Assembly (NCBI GenBank): GCA_051294905.1
Contig: CM119378.1
Location: 496,001 to 560,000, forward strand
DNA: 64,000 nucleotides
Direction: 5' to 3'
From: Botryllus schlosseri
Taxonomy: Eukaryota
Both the position numbers and the translations under genes were made by a program. Below, piece by piece: positions 45,401 through 58,632 of this stretch (its first letter is position 1; every line of letters begins with the position of its first letter). A model generated the notes under the pieces. The model was not told the DNA's origin. It did no database searches and saw nothing but the letters and a program-made list of their open reading frames with translations.

Positions 45401-48400
45401 AAGGTAGCTACTTGATCCCAACCCTGTCACAAATTGTCTAGAACTGACGGTGGCCGATCTGGAATTACGACTCAGCAAATTGAGCGCCAACGAGAAAGCG
45501 GCGACGCTGCAAGAACTGGAGTACCGTCTCGCGAAACTAAAAGGAGACAGACCACCGGCCGTTCGCGTTCACAGCGTGAAAAAGAGAGATTCTCGTGAAG
45601 TGGGTGCAGATTTTTGTATTGATGTTTTCGAGGATGGTGACAAGGGCTGGCCAAAATGATACGAGTAGCATTTCTAATTATTCTATTCGAGTAGTGGAGA
45701 AATAACTGAAATTCTGTAGATATGAACGGAAACGATACACTCATTGGATAATGAGATTCAATCCATCAAGAGAATTGAAGTTTTTTCTACTGCGGAAGCC
45801 TTGAAACGTAGTTAGGTCGTCTGGTAGCTTACGGAACAGATAGTACAAAGCTGCATACATTAGTGTAAGGACATTTCAAGTCGTAATCAACCCACAACAT
45901 CTCTGCAAAGCTCAGCGGAATCTGTAATCTGACCTCTGGCAATAGGCCTATGTTCTTGCGTGAAAGGTATATATTTGATCTTTCCGCATCATCCGCACTT
46001 ATTTGACGTCGTAATGAGTCATACTTGAATACTTGAGTCAAAACTTAATGCCCGATTTATAATTGAATTACTAAGACTCAAGCGCTCGATTTTGCACAGA
46101 CTTATTAGTTATAGTGAAACGTTATTAGTCTAATTTGTGAAATGTTTCTATACTTCAATTCTGATCTAATTTCTGGTCTTCCTGAAAATACTACACGATA
46201 ATTGTATAATACGAAAGAGCCCATCTTGCTGTACAGGCATTTGCCATCCTGGCGCTTGTGAGGATGAACTGAAAGTTTTTGTGAATTCAGCAATGCTAAT
46301 TCTAGTCGGATAATTTGGAAAAAACAAACAATCCATCATCCTAATTCCAATCCAATTTAAAAACCCTGAGAATTCTCTAGCTGTCCGACTATGTTCCAGA
46401 CGCCGTCGAGCAGCAGACAAGTGAAGAAGCTCATCCGACAATACACAGAAGAGGTCGACTTGGAGGAAAGCCAAGAAACGAGCGACCAGGATTTCGACCC
46501 GCGGATGGTCCCGGAAGGTGATTTAAGTTGTGAACACTCGGAGCACTTTCAACTCAATGCAATCGCCCGCCATCAGAGGAGGTCAAAGTAACTTTGTAAT
46601 TTTTACTCAAGCGCAGGTGGTGATATAAAAGTCGATGTCTGAATTGAATCTTCAATTGTTTTGATCTGATCCGTGGAGGTCAAAGTAGTCACCCAAGTGG
46701 TGATATAAAAATTCTTGGCCTAGTATTTTCAGTAGTAGTCTAACTACTTGAGTACGTTGAAAAAGTTGATGTACTTCATTTCTCAACAGTAGGGCTGGAC
46801 ACAGTGATCCAGGTCGAGCAGTGGGAAGTGATTTTTCAAGTACCAAGATTACACGCTCCTTGCCACTCAGATTTTTAAATTTATCAACGAAAATAGTAGT
46901 CTCCTTACTATCTTATACTAAGAAAGGCTGTAAACCTCGGTAGGCCGCATCGCTACGTACGAAAAGTGCAGTTCAAATCTCCATAAGTTTGTGGAAATGA
47001 CATAAATGATCAACCCACAAAGTGCAATGACATAGGTATGGTCCAAAAATACCTAATGATATTTAATGTGTTTTAGAACTGACAAAATATTCTTTGTGGT
47101 TGCATAAAAGGTTCATATATATTTAAACTTTTCACACCACTCGTACTGTTCTGATGCCATAATAAGTGATAGGCTACCCATGTAGCCTACTGGACTTTAC
47201 CTAGCCCTACTGACCGCCTCTGCCAACACTACTGTACAATGCTGAGACGTATTTGTTTGAATTCTAGAAGTTTCCGCAGACTCGCTCCTCATTCTGGCTC
47301 AGGAAGAAATGAAGAGGGAGAGAGAGAAGCGAACGAAAGGAGAAAAAATGGACTCGGACATCGAGGGGAGGCTCAGACAGCTGCAAGGAATGTCGCCGCA
47401 CATCGGTGGGTCAATAGGGTTGTTTAGAAAGTACTTTTTTGAAGTTGACGTTCTGAAACTGTCGAGTTATTTGAATACGAAGTTTTTGATTTGTAAATAA
47501 AGACGTTCAAATTATACTGGGCAACCTCTAAAATTGTTTAGTTATTAGAGCAGAAAATTTTGAATACATTTTTAAATATTTTACTGGGGACCTCATGAAA
47601 TTTAAAGATTACCAAACAATGCGATTTATAACAAATTTGGCATAATTTTTGTTCCAGATGTTCACGCTCCGATACCGAGGAGACAAATGACCTCTGCTGA
47701 CCTTTCGGATGAGGAGGAACTGGCCCTCATCGAACGCTTGACTGCAGAAGCGGGGCTCGAAGTGTCGATGCCGCACCAGAAAACTACATCAGGTGATTTT
47801 ATCAATTGCAGATGGAGATACACCAGTTGTTGTTTCACTCTTGAAAATGTTCATTTGAAGAGCTTGGAGGTACAAAACTTCAATATACAATTGAATAGCA
47901 TATTTATATTGAATGATCCCGAATATTTTTGTCTGACATTCATCAGGGGTAATTGTCAGCAACTCGTAGAATTGCGCCGAAGTGTACCATCTGAAAATAG
48001 TAAATTGAGATCAAGAGCTCTCTTTGCCCAGATTAATCGAAATTGCTCGCCTGTGACGTCATATTTTGTGATGCGATTGTTGATGCGAAGACTAGGAATG
48101 GGGTGGCTTGACTCACAGCTTCATAATTAGCCTTAAAGGGGCAACTGCGCTCTGAATATGCTGTGTTCTCAGATTGAAGTGTGAAAAATTTGTTGGCAAC
48201 AGACTTTTTTTGTAGAATGTCGACCATATTCAAAGTGGACGTGGAAGATTTACAATTTATTAATTGCAACGATTCAAGTTGAAAAGTGAGAGTCACTTGC
48301 CAATAACAGTTTAATGATCAATTTATCAAAATTCGAGTTAGCGCTAGTGAAAATACTCGGATGAATTGTGATAGTGATTTAGTTGAGTGAGATTAATTAT

Positions 48401-49116
48401 AATACCGTATATCCCCCTTGCCAGTAAGTTCATTTTATCAACAATGATCAGTTTCAATATCTCATATCCACTGGTGTAGTCTGAAAACCAGACTTGGACA
48501 ACTTGAAAATTTTTCTCCAAATTAGATGGAATTAGAATTATAGCTACTTTTTTTCTAAATCACATTTGAATTACTGAATTCTCGAAAACTTGCATTGAAT
48601 CAAGTCCATTTCATTCTCATGACCATGAAACTAGCAAAAGTATATACCCTACAGCAAGCCCGGCTTGTATTGCACTACTCTAGAATTAAAATGACAGCAT
48701 CATATGTCACGGATTGATTAAAATTTGCATTTCGCCTTGCCCAAGTAGTCAAATTTAAAAATTACAATTGTCTGGTTGTCCAAGTCTGCTAAGGATCTCG
48801 GTCAATATTGAAATGATGCTGCTACCAATATAATCATAGGACTGCATTACTGTGAAGAAGTTATCGATCCTCAAAACGTCCACAAAGCGATAAGAAATAT
48901 TCGCATTTCAACTCCATCCCTTCAGTTTCAGTTCGTCAGGACGAAGATGAACTGCCCTGGTGCGTCATTTGCAACGCGGACGGAACACTGCGCTGCACTG
49001 GGTGCGACGGTGACATTTACTGCCGCAGATGCTTCAAGGAAGGCCACGATAGCTTCGATCTGCACGACCACAAGACTACGCAGTATCGACCCACCTCAAA
49101 AATGGACTGCGACTGA
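42437..49116 (+). CDS. ZFYVE19: Abscission/NoCut checkpoint regulator (zinc finger FYVE domain-containing 19), ~355 aa, 8 exons: 42437-42490, 43641-43798, 44980-45095, 45442-45599, 46400-46517, 47268-47405, 47658-47792, 48926(or 48932)-49116
   Basis: N-terminal atypical FYVE MDQRCRVCTSKFGIFKKE-VECPRC...CKNC...VCRKC...SPPLNFKR. C-terminal B-box ELPWCVICNADGTLRCTGCDGDIYCRRCFKEGH. All introns are GT-AG with compatible phases. AATAAA at 49163. Confidence 0.92.
42843..43124 (-). mobile_element. hAT-type MITE related to the 9175 element
   Basis: Perfect TSD GCCTATAC (42835-42842, 43125-43132). The terminus GTTGCCCGCCCCTG matches the reverse of 9175. Confidence 0.8.
43990..44190. mobile_element. 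Penelope-like pseudo-LTR fragments in inverted arrangement, with a mutated hammerhead motif at 44126-44159
   Basis: ACCCCTGACGAGCGTCAGCCGAAAATATCCGGGT. Flanks match the pLTR at 57061-57130. Confidence 0.7.
44328..44793 (+). mobile_element. hAT-type MITE, CAGGGTTGTAA family
   Basis: Colinear with 51982-52544. Near-TSD CCGCTAGT/CCGCTTGT. Confidence 0.85.
47857..47975 (-). mobile_element. Penelope-like pseudo-LTR fragment with a degenerate hammerhead (47917-47950)
   Basis: Aligns with 58930-59025 and 57051-57135. The core reads CTGATGA, but GAAA is mutated to AAAA. Confidence 0.65.
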
Positions 49117-50422
49117 ATCCCCCATTTAATTTTCTAATAATATATTCATTCCTAGATGAAATAATAAAAATATATCTACTCCGCGTTTTTCTTTTCCACT
49201 GATATGAAACTTATTTATCACTACCATAATTGTGTAATACATATAAGGGCTGGGCACATAGATTCGTTCGAGTGCTCGAGTCTGAATCTAGTACATGGGT
49301 GGGAAAACTACGGCCCGTGACAACATTCTATCTGGCCGGCGAGGGCATCAAGAAATGTAATAAATATATTGTATTTTATGGTTGGCGCAAAGGCCTGTCC
49401 TGGAGTTCAACGTATTTCGAAACCGTCTCGGTTGCCAAACATCCAAGAAAATCAAAACGGTAGTGAAGTTCATATCACAATTGTGATTTCAGAACTTAAA
49501 CCTTCAGTGCTGTACTTGGAAAAAACAGTTCATAAGTGTGTTGTAGATTTGTACTTTATGCACATTCATAATTTCGGTCTCAAGTCATTCATGAGATTTC
49601 CAAATCGATATAAAAAGCGAAAAGTTTTGTTGCTGCAATTTGAAACACCGTTTTCCTATCGTCCCAATTACAGGCACAATTTATCATATCATGAGGTGCA
49701 AAATAAATAAATCAAATGTTAAAGACAACGGTAAATTATGTGGTCCGCAAAAAAGTAGGTAGAGGCAATTCTAACGAAACGTATTCAGAGGTGACATGAT
49801 GCTATCAGAATTGTGCTTTCTGAAGTCGGCCAAAAACCAGCATGAGTCGATCTCTTATCCCATTTTCAAATTTCCCTAAGAATCTGCACAATCTACTTTG
49901 TAACAAGATTCAAATCACATACCTTCGTTCCCAATTTTGATGAACTGATTGAGGATGGCCACCGGCCAGCTTATAAAATCTCGATGTTTCTAACGCAAGT
50001 GCTTGCATGTATTATCCCATGTCTTCGATTACTATATATAGTTACGAACAATATCATCATTTGAAAGCTTGTGTCGTGGCTTATCATTTCAATCATAATA
50101 TAATGCTGCCCGCGAGCCGAAAACTTTACCCGCCCATGATCTAGTCATTCAACGCAAGGGTTTGAAATGATACCATTGCTCCTTGCCAATGTTGTAATTC
50201 AACACTGTTCGTGTTCGTAACACAGCATACTAAAACGCTACAACAAATACAAATTCATAAAAAATACCTAATAATCTTTGATGTGATGTAAAAGCGGCAT
50301 TTGTGGTCGCGTCATAATGCGTGACACTTGAATTGAATCACCCAGGTACTCGATCTTCCCCAGCCTTAATAATGAAACGTCACAATCGGATCGATAATAA
50401 TACATTGACTGCAATAGTTGTA

Positions 50423-53400
50423 TCAGGCTGCTTTTTCCGGGTTGTCTGGTTGTTTTGTGGGGTGAGCGGCGACAAATGCTTCGTGGCTTTGTAACGTCTC
50501 GTCGATTCGAGACACAATCGGGAACGCAGACATATCAACTTTGAACCGATGAGCGTTGCCAACCTGCGGTAGATAAAAATATCACCATTTTAAAATCGAT
50601 GAGTATCGATCAAGAGCGTAAAGTAATTCAAGCCTAATTTGACGAATCTACTCAGAATTTTTTCCGCTTAGTATTTTGCCAAATTTCATTAATTGATCGA
50701 ATTTTTACTTTGTTGTTCTGTTGCAGCACAGAATGATAGTTTTCGTTAACTCAATGTTTCTCAATCATTTTTCAATCACTGACCTCTTTTTCAATTTCAA
50801 AAAACATATTTGAATGCAATCATGTTTTCTCTTGTAGCTCATTGCTTAGTTGCCATCTTTATACATTTTTGATTGCAAATCAAATAACCTCTAATTTCAA
50901 GGAGGTTTCATAATCTTCATAAAAATGATAATTAAATAACAATATATTAATATTATCTCATAAACGTGACATGTTAAAAACAAAATGCCACCGGATTTGG
51001 ACACTGCACCCCAAAATTTGGTGACCTATGTATAATCTGTTAAGTTGTGCTGACCAATGGTCAGTGACCATTTTGTTATCAGTTAGCCGACAATATCTGG
51101 TGGATATCACACTATCGTTATCGGCCATTTTCATGACATCACAACATGGTAATAGGGAGTGAGAGAACTATAATCAGCGACTGATTTCTTATAGATTGCA
51201 GGCAGAGTTGGTCAAAGTAGTCGCCCTTGGCAAGTAACGGTAACATTGGATAAGTATAAGTAGAAATTTTGAAGTAAAACAGTAAATTATCTAGGCCTAA
51301 ACCGCCTAATAGTAAATTATCTAGGCCTAGACCACCCACTAAACTGAAAACTGGTTAAGTAGAGAGAGAGAGAGAGAGAGAGTCTTTATTTTCATCGAAC
51401 CAAAATACATAACAAACGGCAGTGATGGTGGTACAGAAAATATGCGTGCACAGTATTCGGTATTAGATAGGAATGATCGATAAGACCGTGAAGGTCATCT
51501 AGTCTGATCACACCAGCATCAAACAGGTACACTTGACTCAGAACAGTCTGGCTGTAAAAACATGTCTAGTTACGAAAGGAAAATAGAAAAAAAATTAAAC
51601 AATGGTAGCAAATGATCAATGAAGCAATGTCTGGACGAGGTAGGGCAACAGTGTTAGTGTAACGACAAGAGGTGATCAAGTAGGGCTTTTTTGAATCTAT
51701 TATAAGGCAATTCACGGATATGTGATGGTAATGCATTCCAGATGATAGGTCCCGAGTAGTCGATAGATCTCTTAGTTAGGTTGCTATTGGGTTGGGGTAA
51801 GTAGACGTAAGTAGCCCAAAATCAAAACCTCTGAAGAAATTAGCCCAATTAGCAAAAAGCTCCTTGAGTACTCTGATAAAGTACAAGTACTTTGCTACCG
51901 AGCATCTCTGCTTACAAGTGTCCATATAGGCTACAGACTTTCTAGTTAATATCACGTCCATACATAGCAATAGCTATGAAGCAGGGTTGTAATGACTCGA
52001 CTCGAGTCACAATTTTCTGATGACTCGACTTGACTCGAGTCATTTTTCCAAAATATGGAAATGACTGGTCTCGACTAGAGTCAATCTGTGTATTGACTCG
52101 ACTTGGACTCGAGTCATTGCGCATGACTCGAGCCAAGTCATTGACTCGAGACTCAGACGGCCAAGACCGACATTTCGTTGTAATTCCAAAACCAACACAC
52201 TATTGGGATTTTGTCTGTTGGTACTGGTACTTGAAAATGCGACCAGAAACCGCTAAAAGTGAGGAAAATTGGTATATTATAACATCGAACCATTCGATAC
52301 CACCAAATAGAGGTATAAAAGTGGGTTTTTAACATGACTTTTACAAGAAACTGTGCAGTCAACACAATGACTTGGACTCGACTCGAGTCATAATATTGCG
52401 ACTCGGACTCGACCCTCTTTTCGCTGACTTGGACTCGGACTTGACTGGGTGGTGAATTGAAAATGACTCGATTTGACTCGAGTCAAAACTATAGAAGTGA
52501 GATTGACTTGTGACTCGGAGCCTTGTGACTTGGTTACAACCCTGCTATGAAGTTGATCAAATACATGCTATGAAGTTTTGGAAATGCGCCTTAAGCTAGA
52601 TGCATATCTGTTGAATATCGTCTGAACATATCGGAGTTATCAGTGAGGTACTACTTAACGGGATCAACTCAAAAATCTCACCTGCGGAACTAAGAACGTA
52701 TCAGCAGCGGTAATCTCGTCTCCGACACAATACTTGCCGGCTGTCTTTTCCAGGAACTTTTCCACGGCCTCGAGGCCTTTCGCAATCCAATACCGGCCCC
52801 ATTCCGGCCTCTTGTCCTCGTCGAGACGTTGCAGGACGCTCAGGTTTTGGATGGGCTGCGTTCCGGAATTGATGATCTGAAAACGAGTAGTGCCGGCTGG
52901 AGTTAGACAACAGCTTTTAAACAGAATTACAATTGTAGGTTATAGCTACACATTTCTTTTTCCGATATAGATTCGAATGACATCTACACTATTTTTTCCT
53001 AATTAGATTACAATCACTGAAATCGCAAAAAGCTCGGGAATTGAAAGATATTCTGAATGGAAAAAAATACTTTTGTAACAAAATTTAGCATCGGTTCCTA
53101 TCAAATCAGAGTTAACTCTTAATTCTCATGAGTATAAGAATGGCCAATGTCTTTACAGTGTACACCAGACATGGGGTAATCGCGATTAGTAATCGATTAC
53201 GACGATTACAGCATTTTCGAGTAATCGTAATAGCAATCGATTACATTCGAAAAAATTCAGAAGTAATCGTAATCGACTACTTCCCATATCTCATCGATTT
53301 CTCTGTGAAAGAACGATTACTTTTTATTTGTACAAGGAGTATGACATAAACTGAACATTCGTGAACAAGGAAGAGATATTATACCAGGTTCGTGATAGCA

Positions 53401-56400
53401 CAAACGTCTGCTTTTCAAACGCCACTGCTCATTATTACCTCAGAAGCAGCCTATTAGCTTTGCGCATCATTGCGTAAGAAGTATCCGCAGTAAATAGATA
53501 TTCGATGTAGGTACATCGCACATTAGTGTGATTGTAAGAACATCCGCCGTGCTGTATATCAGGTTATCAACACATTCCACACGCCACTACCTCGGAGCAG
53601 TATAATTTATCTCCGCTCTGCCTAGTTTAAAATAGTAAGTTGTGTGTTGATGTTTGGTTATGCTTTTGCTTAGTTAAACGCAGTTTGACCGTTGCTGCTT
53701 GGCGAGCAGTAGGCCTGCCTATGTAGTACGTACGTCCATTGGACAAAGCTTTGAAATTTTGTACTCGTCAAATAAAACGTTGCGGTTTCCACGACGAAGC
53801 AGTAAAAATCAACAGCTGGTGATATATATATCATAACCGGGCCGTATTTGCCGTTTCTCTGTATCAAGTGGAAGGAAGAATTTTATGTTCGCTTGGTCTT
53901 ATTCTCATATGACTCCAATTGAAACGGGTGCCAATCTTTATTTCACAATTCTTTACTCAACATTGCGACCTGCCGCCATGGTCATGGGCTTATATATCAT
54001 GTTAGTGTGGGTTGTAGCTGGAATCAGGACGAAAACAGCGATTCGTCCCCCAGTCCAAACGTTGGTCTTTGGCCCCCATACATTGGTAATCTCAAGTAGG
54101 CCTATAAGACTGAATTTCGTCAATAATATTAGTAATTGCATTATATTACTATTAATTTTTAATCCTCTCTCGGCCCCCGATGGTCAGATTTACCTGTAGA
54201 GTTTGTTTGTTTGAGGTAATCATGGTGTTGGTCGACTACAACGGTCATTTACACCAGGGCGATTTTCTGTATTTTTGATTCTGTATCTGCCGACTTGCAG
54301 CACGGCCCACTTCTCGGCTTTTTGTAAGACACCGCTTACGCGGATGAGGCGGCGACGAGGAACATAGATAAACCTCCAACGCTTAATTCTGAAGTTGACC
54401 TCTGTCGGACTCAAACAGGTAATGAGGCAAACCATTGGTGTTCATTCCGTCAATGTGGCCGTTGAACTTAACAATCAAGCAAATGATCCTTGGTTTGATG
54501 GTCAGATGGCGTTGTAAAACGTGTTGTATGTAACACCACCTGCACTTAATTAGGTCTGACGATGAGCAGATTTAAATTTGAGAGCCGATCCAAACGCATT
54601 TGAGTGTGAGCATACTTTTTGACGTGAGTTAAGTAACGAAATCGTTGATGAGTAGAGAATCGCTACTCGACACCAAAGGAATTGGTCTCCACCCTTAATT
54701 ACAAACTCCAGATTCCAAGCCATGCAAGTAGTGTAATTTTTGAATATCAATTTTGTCTTTTGTTATAGATTGATTTTTTATTATTTTTGTTGGATTTTCG
54801 AACGTTAGTGGGGGTCGCAAGTAGGCTAGCTGGGAGCCACATAAGAATTTCGGAGCAACGGTTGGGAATCTCTGATCTAGAGATGATTTTCAAGTTAATT
54901 AGATCTCTCAAAAATATTCTACAACTCATGTTGGTTTACGAAATACTTTTTGAGTTCCCTTTGAGCTCGCTTTTTCAAAAGAAGTTTGTAATCTCATTAG
55001 GTCTATTCAGCGCAATTCATATATTTTCTTGCAACATAGCTTCTAAGATGCAAAATAACTGTAATCGTGAGTAATCGTGATTACTTATCCAATGTAATCG
55101 TAATCGACTACTTCCTGGTTTTGCTGTAATCGTAATCGCGTCATTCAGAAGTAATCGTAATCGCAATCGATTACATTCATGGAGTAATCACCCCATGTCT
55201 GGTGCACACCAGGGGTGTCAAACATACGGCCCGCTAGACGATTTCATCCGGCCCGCGAAGCAATTTTGAGGAAATGAGAAAAGACTTGTATTTTTCCAGC
55301 GCATATATAACAAATGCTTAGATTTTCAGGAAGGAATACTTCCATCGATTTGACGGCAAATGTCGAGTATGTTCTATGTAAATTGACCACATTGTAAGCA
55401 CCCGACAGCGATGTTATGGTTTCACTCTAGTCACCATTAGGAACCAAGTCGCTGGCATTGACACCCGATTCCAAAAAGGCAAAATGTGCACACTGAGGTC
55501 AGAGGTTTGCGATAATGGACCAAAAAGTAATTCTTCGCAGAAGCGAAAACGCCAATGCGAAACCATTATGTACGCAGGTGACATGGAGAATAAAATAGTC
55601 GCAAAATATAATTCAAATATTTGATGTCACACTGCTGCATCAGTTTGGGCTTGAAAGGTCCACGGCCTCCACAGAAACTCGAATCGCGGTTTAATCCTGA
55701 TGAACCAAATTCCAACGTCCGCGTTTACAGTTGAATCTCACGTATTCCTCACAACGCGTGCCCAGGGCTTACGTCAGATTACGACTAGAACAAAAGGAAG
55801 TATAGAAATATGCAAACTTATATCGTCGCTAGAGCCGCTGTTTTAGGATTTTATAACTGTATTCAACCGGGCCATCATCCTACTTTTGTCAATTCCATTA
55901 TTTGCGAATAAAGGTTTTGCTAGAATGGAGCCCCTTACTTAATAGTAATATAATGTAATTTAATATTATTATGACGTGTATAGGCTTGGTGAAAAACAAG
56001 GGCATGGATATTGAGGTAGCATTTTAGAATCATTTGACTATACTCTGGCCCACGAGCGATCTAAAGGTTTGAATCCGGCACGCGACGTAAGTTGAGTTTG
56101 ACAACAGTGGTGTACACCGAGATTGGCTCGTTTCGATCTATACAGATTTCCTGTATCATTTTCATGAAGACCAGAAATTAGATTGGAATGATAGAGCATA
56201 GACAGATTTCACAAATTATATTAGAATCATCGCTAGTTTTACCAACTTCGATTAGAATTACCGAATTTAGTGAGAATTAAATTGAGACATGAAACTAATT
56301 GGATTATCGACATTTCGGTCTAATTAGGCAACTAGAATTATCTGTCCCAAGCCTGGCGCTAGATCGACGCACTACGCTACCCTAGCATCGCTCTCACCTC

Positions 56401-57991
56401 GCAGATTTCGCGGACTTTCGTCTTTGTGTGTAGGTCCTCTGGGAAGAGTTTGACTTTCGGGAATTTTTCTTCAAGATATTCGGCGATGGCCATGGATTGG
56501 GTGATGCTGTTGCCGTCGACCACCAGTGTAGGCACCTGCTTCATCGGATTGAATGACCTGTAAGCCAGCAAGATTAGCATGACAAATGTTTCTCGCATTG
56601 TGGTCAAGCAGTAAGCAGAGGAGGTCAAAGCAATCGGTGTTGCTATTCAAACAGAAGTAACGTCATAAATATAAACTTTAGTAAAGTATTAGTATTTACA
56701 AGACCTGTCTAAAAACATTGAGCTTATATAGAAATGAAGATATGAAAAGCACAAACAGGATTAAAGAGCGTATTTGGTCGCTGGAATACAGACTTTTAGC
56801 AAAGCTTCTTGCAGGCACAGAACTTAAATATACAACTCAATTCTAGCGATTAACTTACGAAATGTCAAGCGCATCTTCCCGAGAAGATTTTCCTAGAAAA
56901 CTGCCAAGTAGAAATGGAAGTAGCCTACAGCATAACCACCAAGCTGGTAAAGCCAAAACATGTAAGTCTTCTAGACCTAGTTTTGACAAAAACTAGAAAG
57001 CTACTATGTGACAGTAGTCGTCTAAATGTAAAACACTATTAATGAGAATAATTGAATAGCATATTCATATTGAAATGAACCCGAATATTTTCGGCTGACA
57101 CTCGTCAGGGGTAATCGTCAGCAACTAGAGAATTTGAAATAACCTTGTATATCAACAATCGTATCACAAAATATGACGTCACCAGCATGAAAGAGAGAGC
57201 GTTCAATGTAGCCTACTATTTTTAGGTGGTACAGGAACTTCTTTTGTTGACAGAGTTTGGGTTGGCTCGATGCTGACCGATCAAAGGCCATTAATTCTGC
57301 CATCAGCAAACATCTGTTAGATAATCCGATTTGTGCGAATAATTATCGAGATGACAAATTTCGCGTCGTTGGGCGAGGCAGTTCACAATTCCATTTGTGT
57401 GCCTTGAAGTCGAATTTTATCAAAATACACCAACCCAAACTCTGTCAACGAAAGGAGTTTGTGTACCACCTAAAAATAGTGCATTGAACGCTCTCTTTCA
57501 TGCTGGTGACGTCATATTTTGTGATACGATTGTTGATATACAATGTTCTTTCAAATTCTCTACTAGTAGCTGACGAGTGTCAGCCGAAAATATTCGGGTT
57601 CATTTCAATATGAATGTACTATCTAATTCTATATTGAAGTTCTGTGCCTCCAAGATGAGAATAAGTAGATGTAGGCAGGAACCTGCTCCAGTACTCAGAA
57701 AAAGTAGATATCTTCAACCAGTTTTGCCAAAAAAACTGTTAATTAGAAGTAGTCTAGGGAACATAACCACCCGAGTAAATCCCCAAAACCTACTTGAGCA
57801 CTCTAAAAAGTACAAATATTTCACTACCGAGCACCTCTAACTAACCTGTACACATCAGTCCTCTGTTCCCCGCCGTTGTTGACCAAGTGAACCGCTACGT
57901 AGTCATACTTGATGCCTTTCAAAGCGAGAATGATTCTTACTCGCCACGAGCAAGAACTACGCCAGTACGAGTAGAGCTTTATGGAAGACAT
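50423..57991 (-). CDS. GSTZ1: Glutathione S-transferase zeta / maleylacetoacetate isomerase, 213 aa, 4 exons: 57991-57846, 56557-56398, 52876-52682, 50563-50423
   Basis: Zeta-class signature [22 protein letters not shown]. Also [57 protein letters not shown] and AHP.KQPD. GT-AG introns with compatible phases. Confidence 0.95.
51361..51807 (-). mobile_element. 5'-truncated copy of LINE family 2 in GSTZ1 intron 3
   Basis: Near-identical reverse complement of ~7111-7552, including the (TC)n tail. Candidate TSD TAAGT(AG) at 51356 and 51808. Confidence 0.9.
51982..52544 (+). mobile_element. hAT-type MITE, CAGGGTTGTAA family
   Basis: TIR CAGGGTTGTAA/TTACAACCCTG. Perfect TSD CTATGAAG (51974-51981, 52545-52552). 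Confidence 0.9.
53166..55201. mobile_element. hAT-type element (CAGACATGGGGT...ACCCCATGTCTG) with GTAATCG subterminal repeats
   Basis: TSD GTGTACAC/GTGCACAC. Confidence 0.85.
55210..56109. mobile_element. hAT (Charlie-like) MITE (CAGGGGTGTCAAAC...GTTTGACAACAGTG)
   Basis: TSD GTGCACAC/GTGTACAC. GGCCCGC subterminal motifs. Confidence 0.8.
57051..57655 (+). mobile_element. 5'-truncated Penelope-like element: inverted 3' copy + GIY-YIG endonuclease C-terminus + pseudo-LTR
   Basis: ORF 57257-57487 reads [54 protein letters not shown], a typical Penelope C-terminus. 57051-57265 is the reverse complement of 57430-57630. Confidence 0.85.
57079..57112 (-). ncRNA. Minimal type I hammerhead ribozyme motif (Penelope-associated)
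   Basis: The minus strand reads ACCC-CUGACGA-GUGUCAGCC-GAAA-AUAU-UC-GGGU: stem I ACCC/GGGU, core CUGAnGA and GAAA, palindromic AAUAUU stem III and a UC cleavage site. Confidence 0.75.
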
Positions 57992-58540
57992 CTCAGTAGG
58001 TAGTGGCTAACTCTAAAACAAATAACTAACAGTTGCAGTACAATATAACAATGATAATTGTGTTGAAGGCAGTTGTAATGTGTTACATTTGCAAAACCTT
58101 AACTTCATAAACTGAAGAGCTTGTCAGCGTACCACTGAACAGGATATTCATACTGAAATAAACTTGAATATTTTCGGATGGCACTGGTCAGGAGGTCAGA
58201 AATTCTGGGTTTCAAAAAAATATTTACGGTCGGTCGGTATTTCTATAATTAGCCTAGTAATCATAGAATTTTTACAAATTCAATATTCTTTACTCATAAC
58301 TTTGCTAATTTGAGTTAGAATTGAACTGAATTTGTTACACATCACTTTTTTAGACTACCTAACAATTTCATCGGCTAGCCAGAAAAATTTGAAAAATAAG
58401 AGTTTTTCATTTCTAAAAAAATAAATTCTACATTGTCTACTCATATAGTTTTGCTTTTACGGAATGGAATTGAGACATATTTTATGTAGAGCGTTTTTTA
58501 GACAAAGTTCTTTCCGATTCTCTACTAGTTTCAGACGATT

Positions 58541-58574
58541 ACCCCTGACGAGTGTCAGCCGAAAAGATTCGGGT
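58541..58574 (+). ncRNA. Minimal hammerhead motif in a Penelope pLTR fragment (~58505-58595), antisense to the IPO9 3' region
   Basis: ACCC-CTGACGA-GTGTCAGCC-GAAA-AGAT-TC-GGGT. The stem III palindrome has one change. Confidence 0.6.
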
Positions 58575-58632
58575 TCATTTCAATATGAATATATTATTGA
58601 GTCGTATGATGTAAAGTGACAATCTGTAGCCA

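Noticed and set aside
44126..47950. Hammerhead copies at 44126-44159 and 47917-47950 as active ribozymes
   Set aside because: The first has CC instead of UC at the cleavage site and the second has GAAA mutated to AAAA. Both are likely dead.
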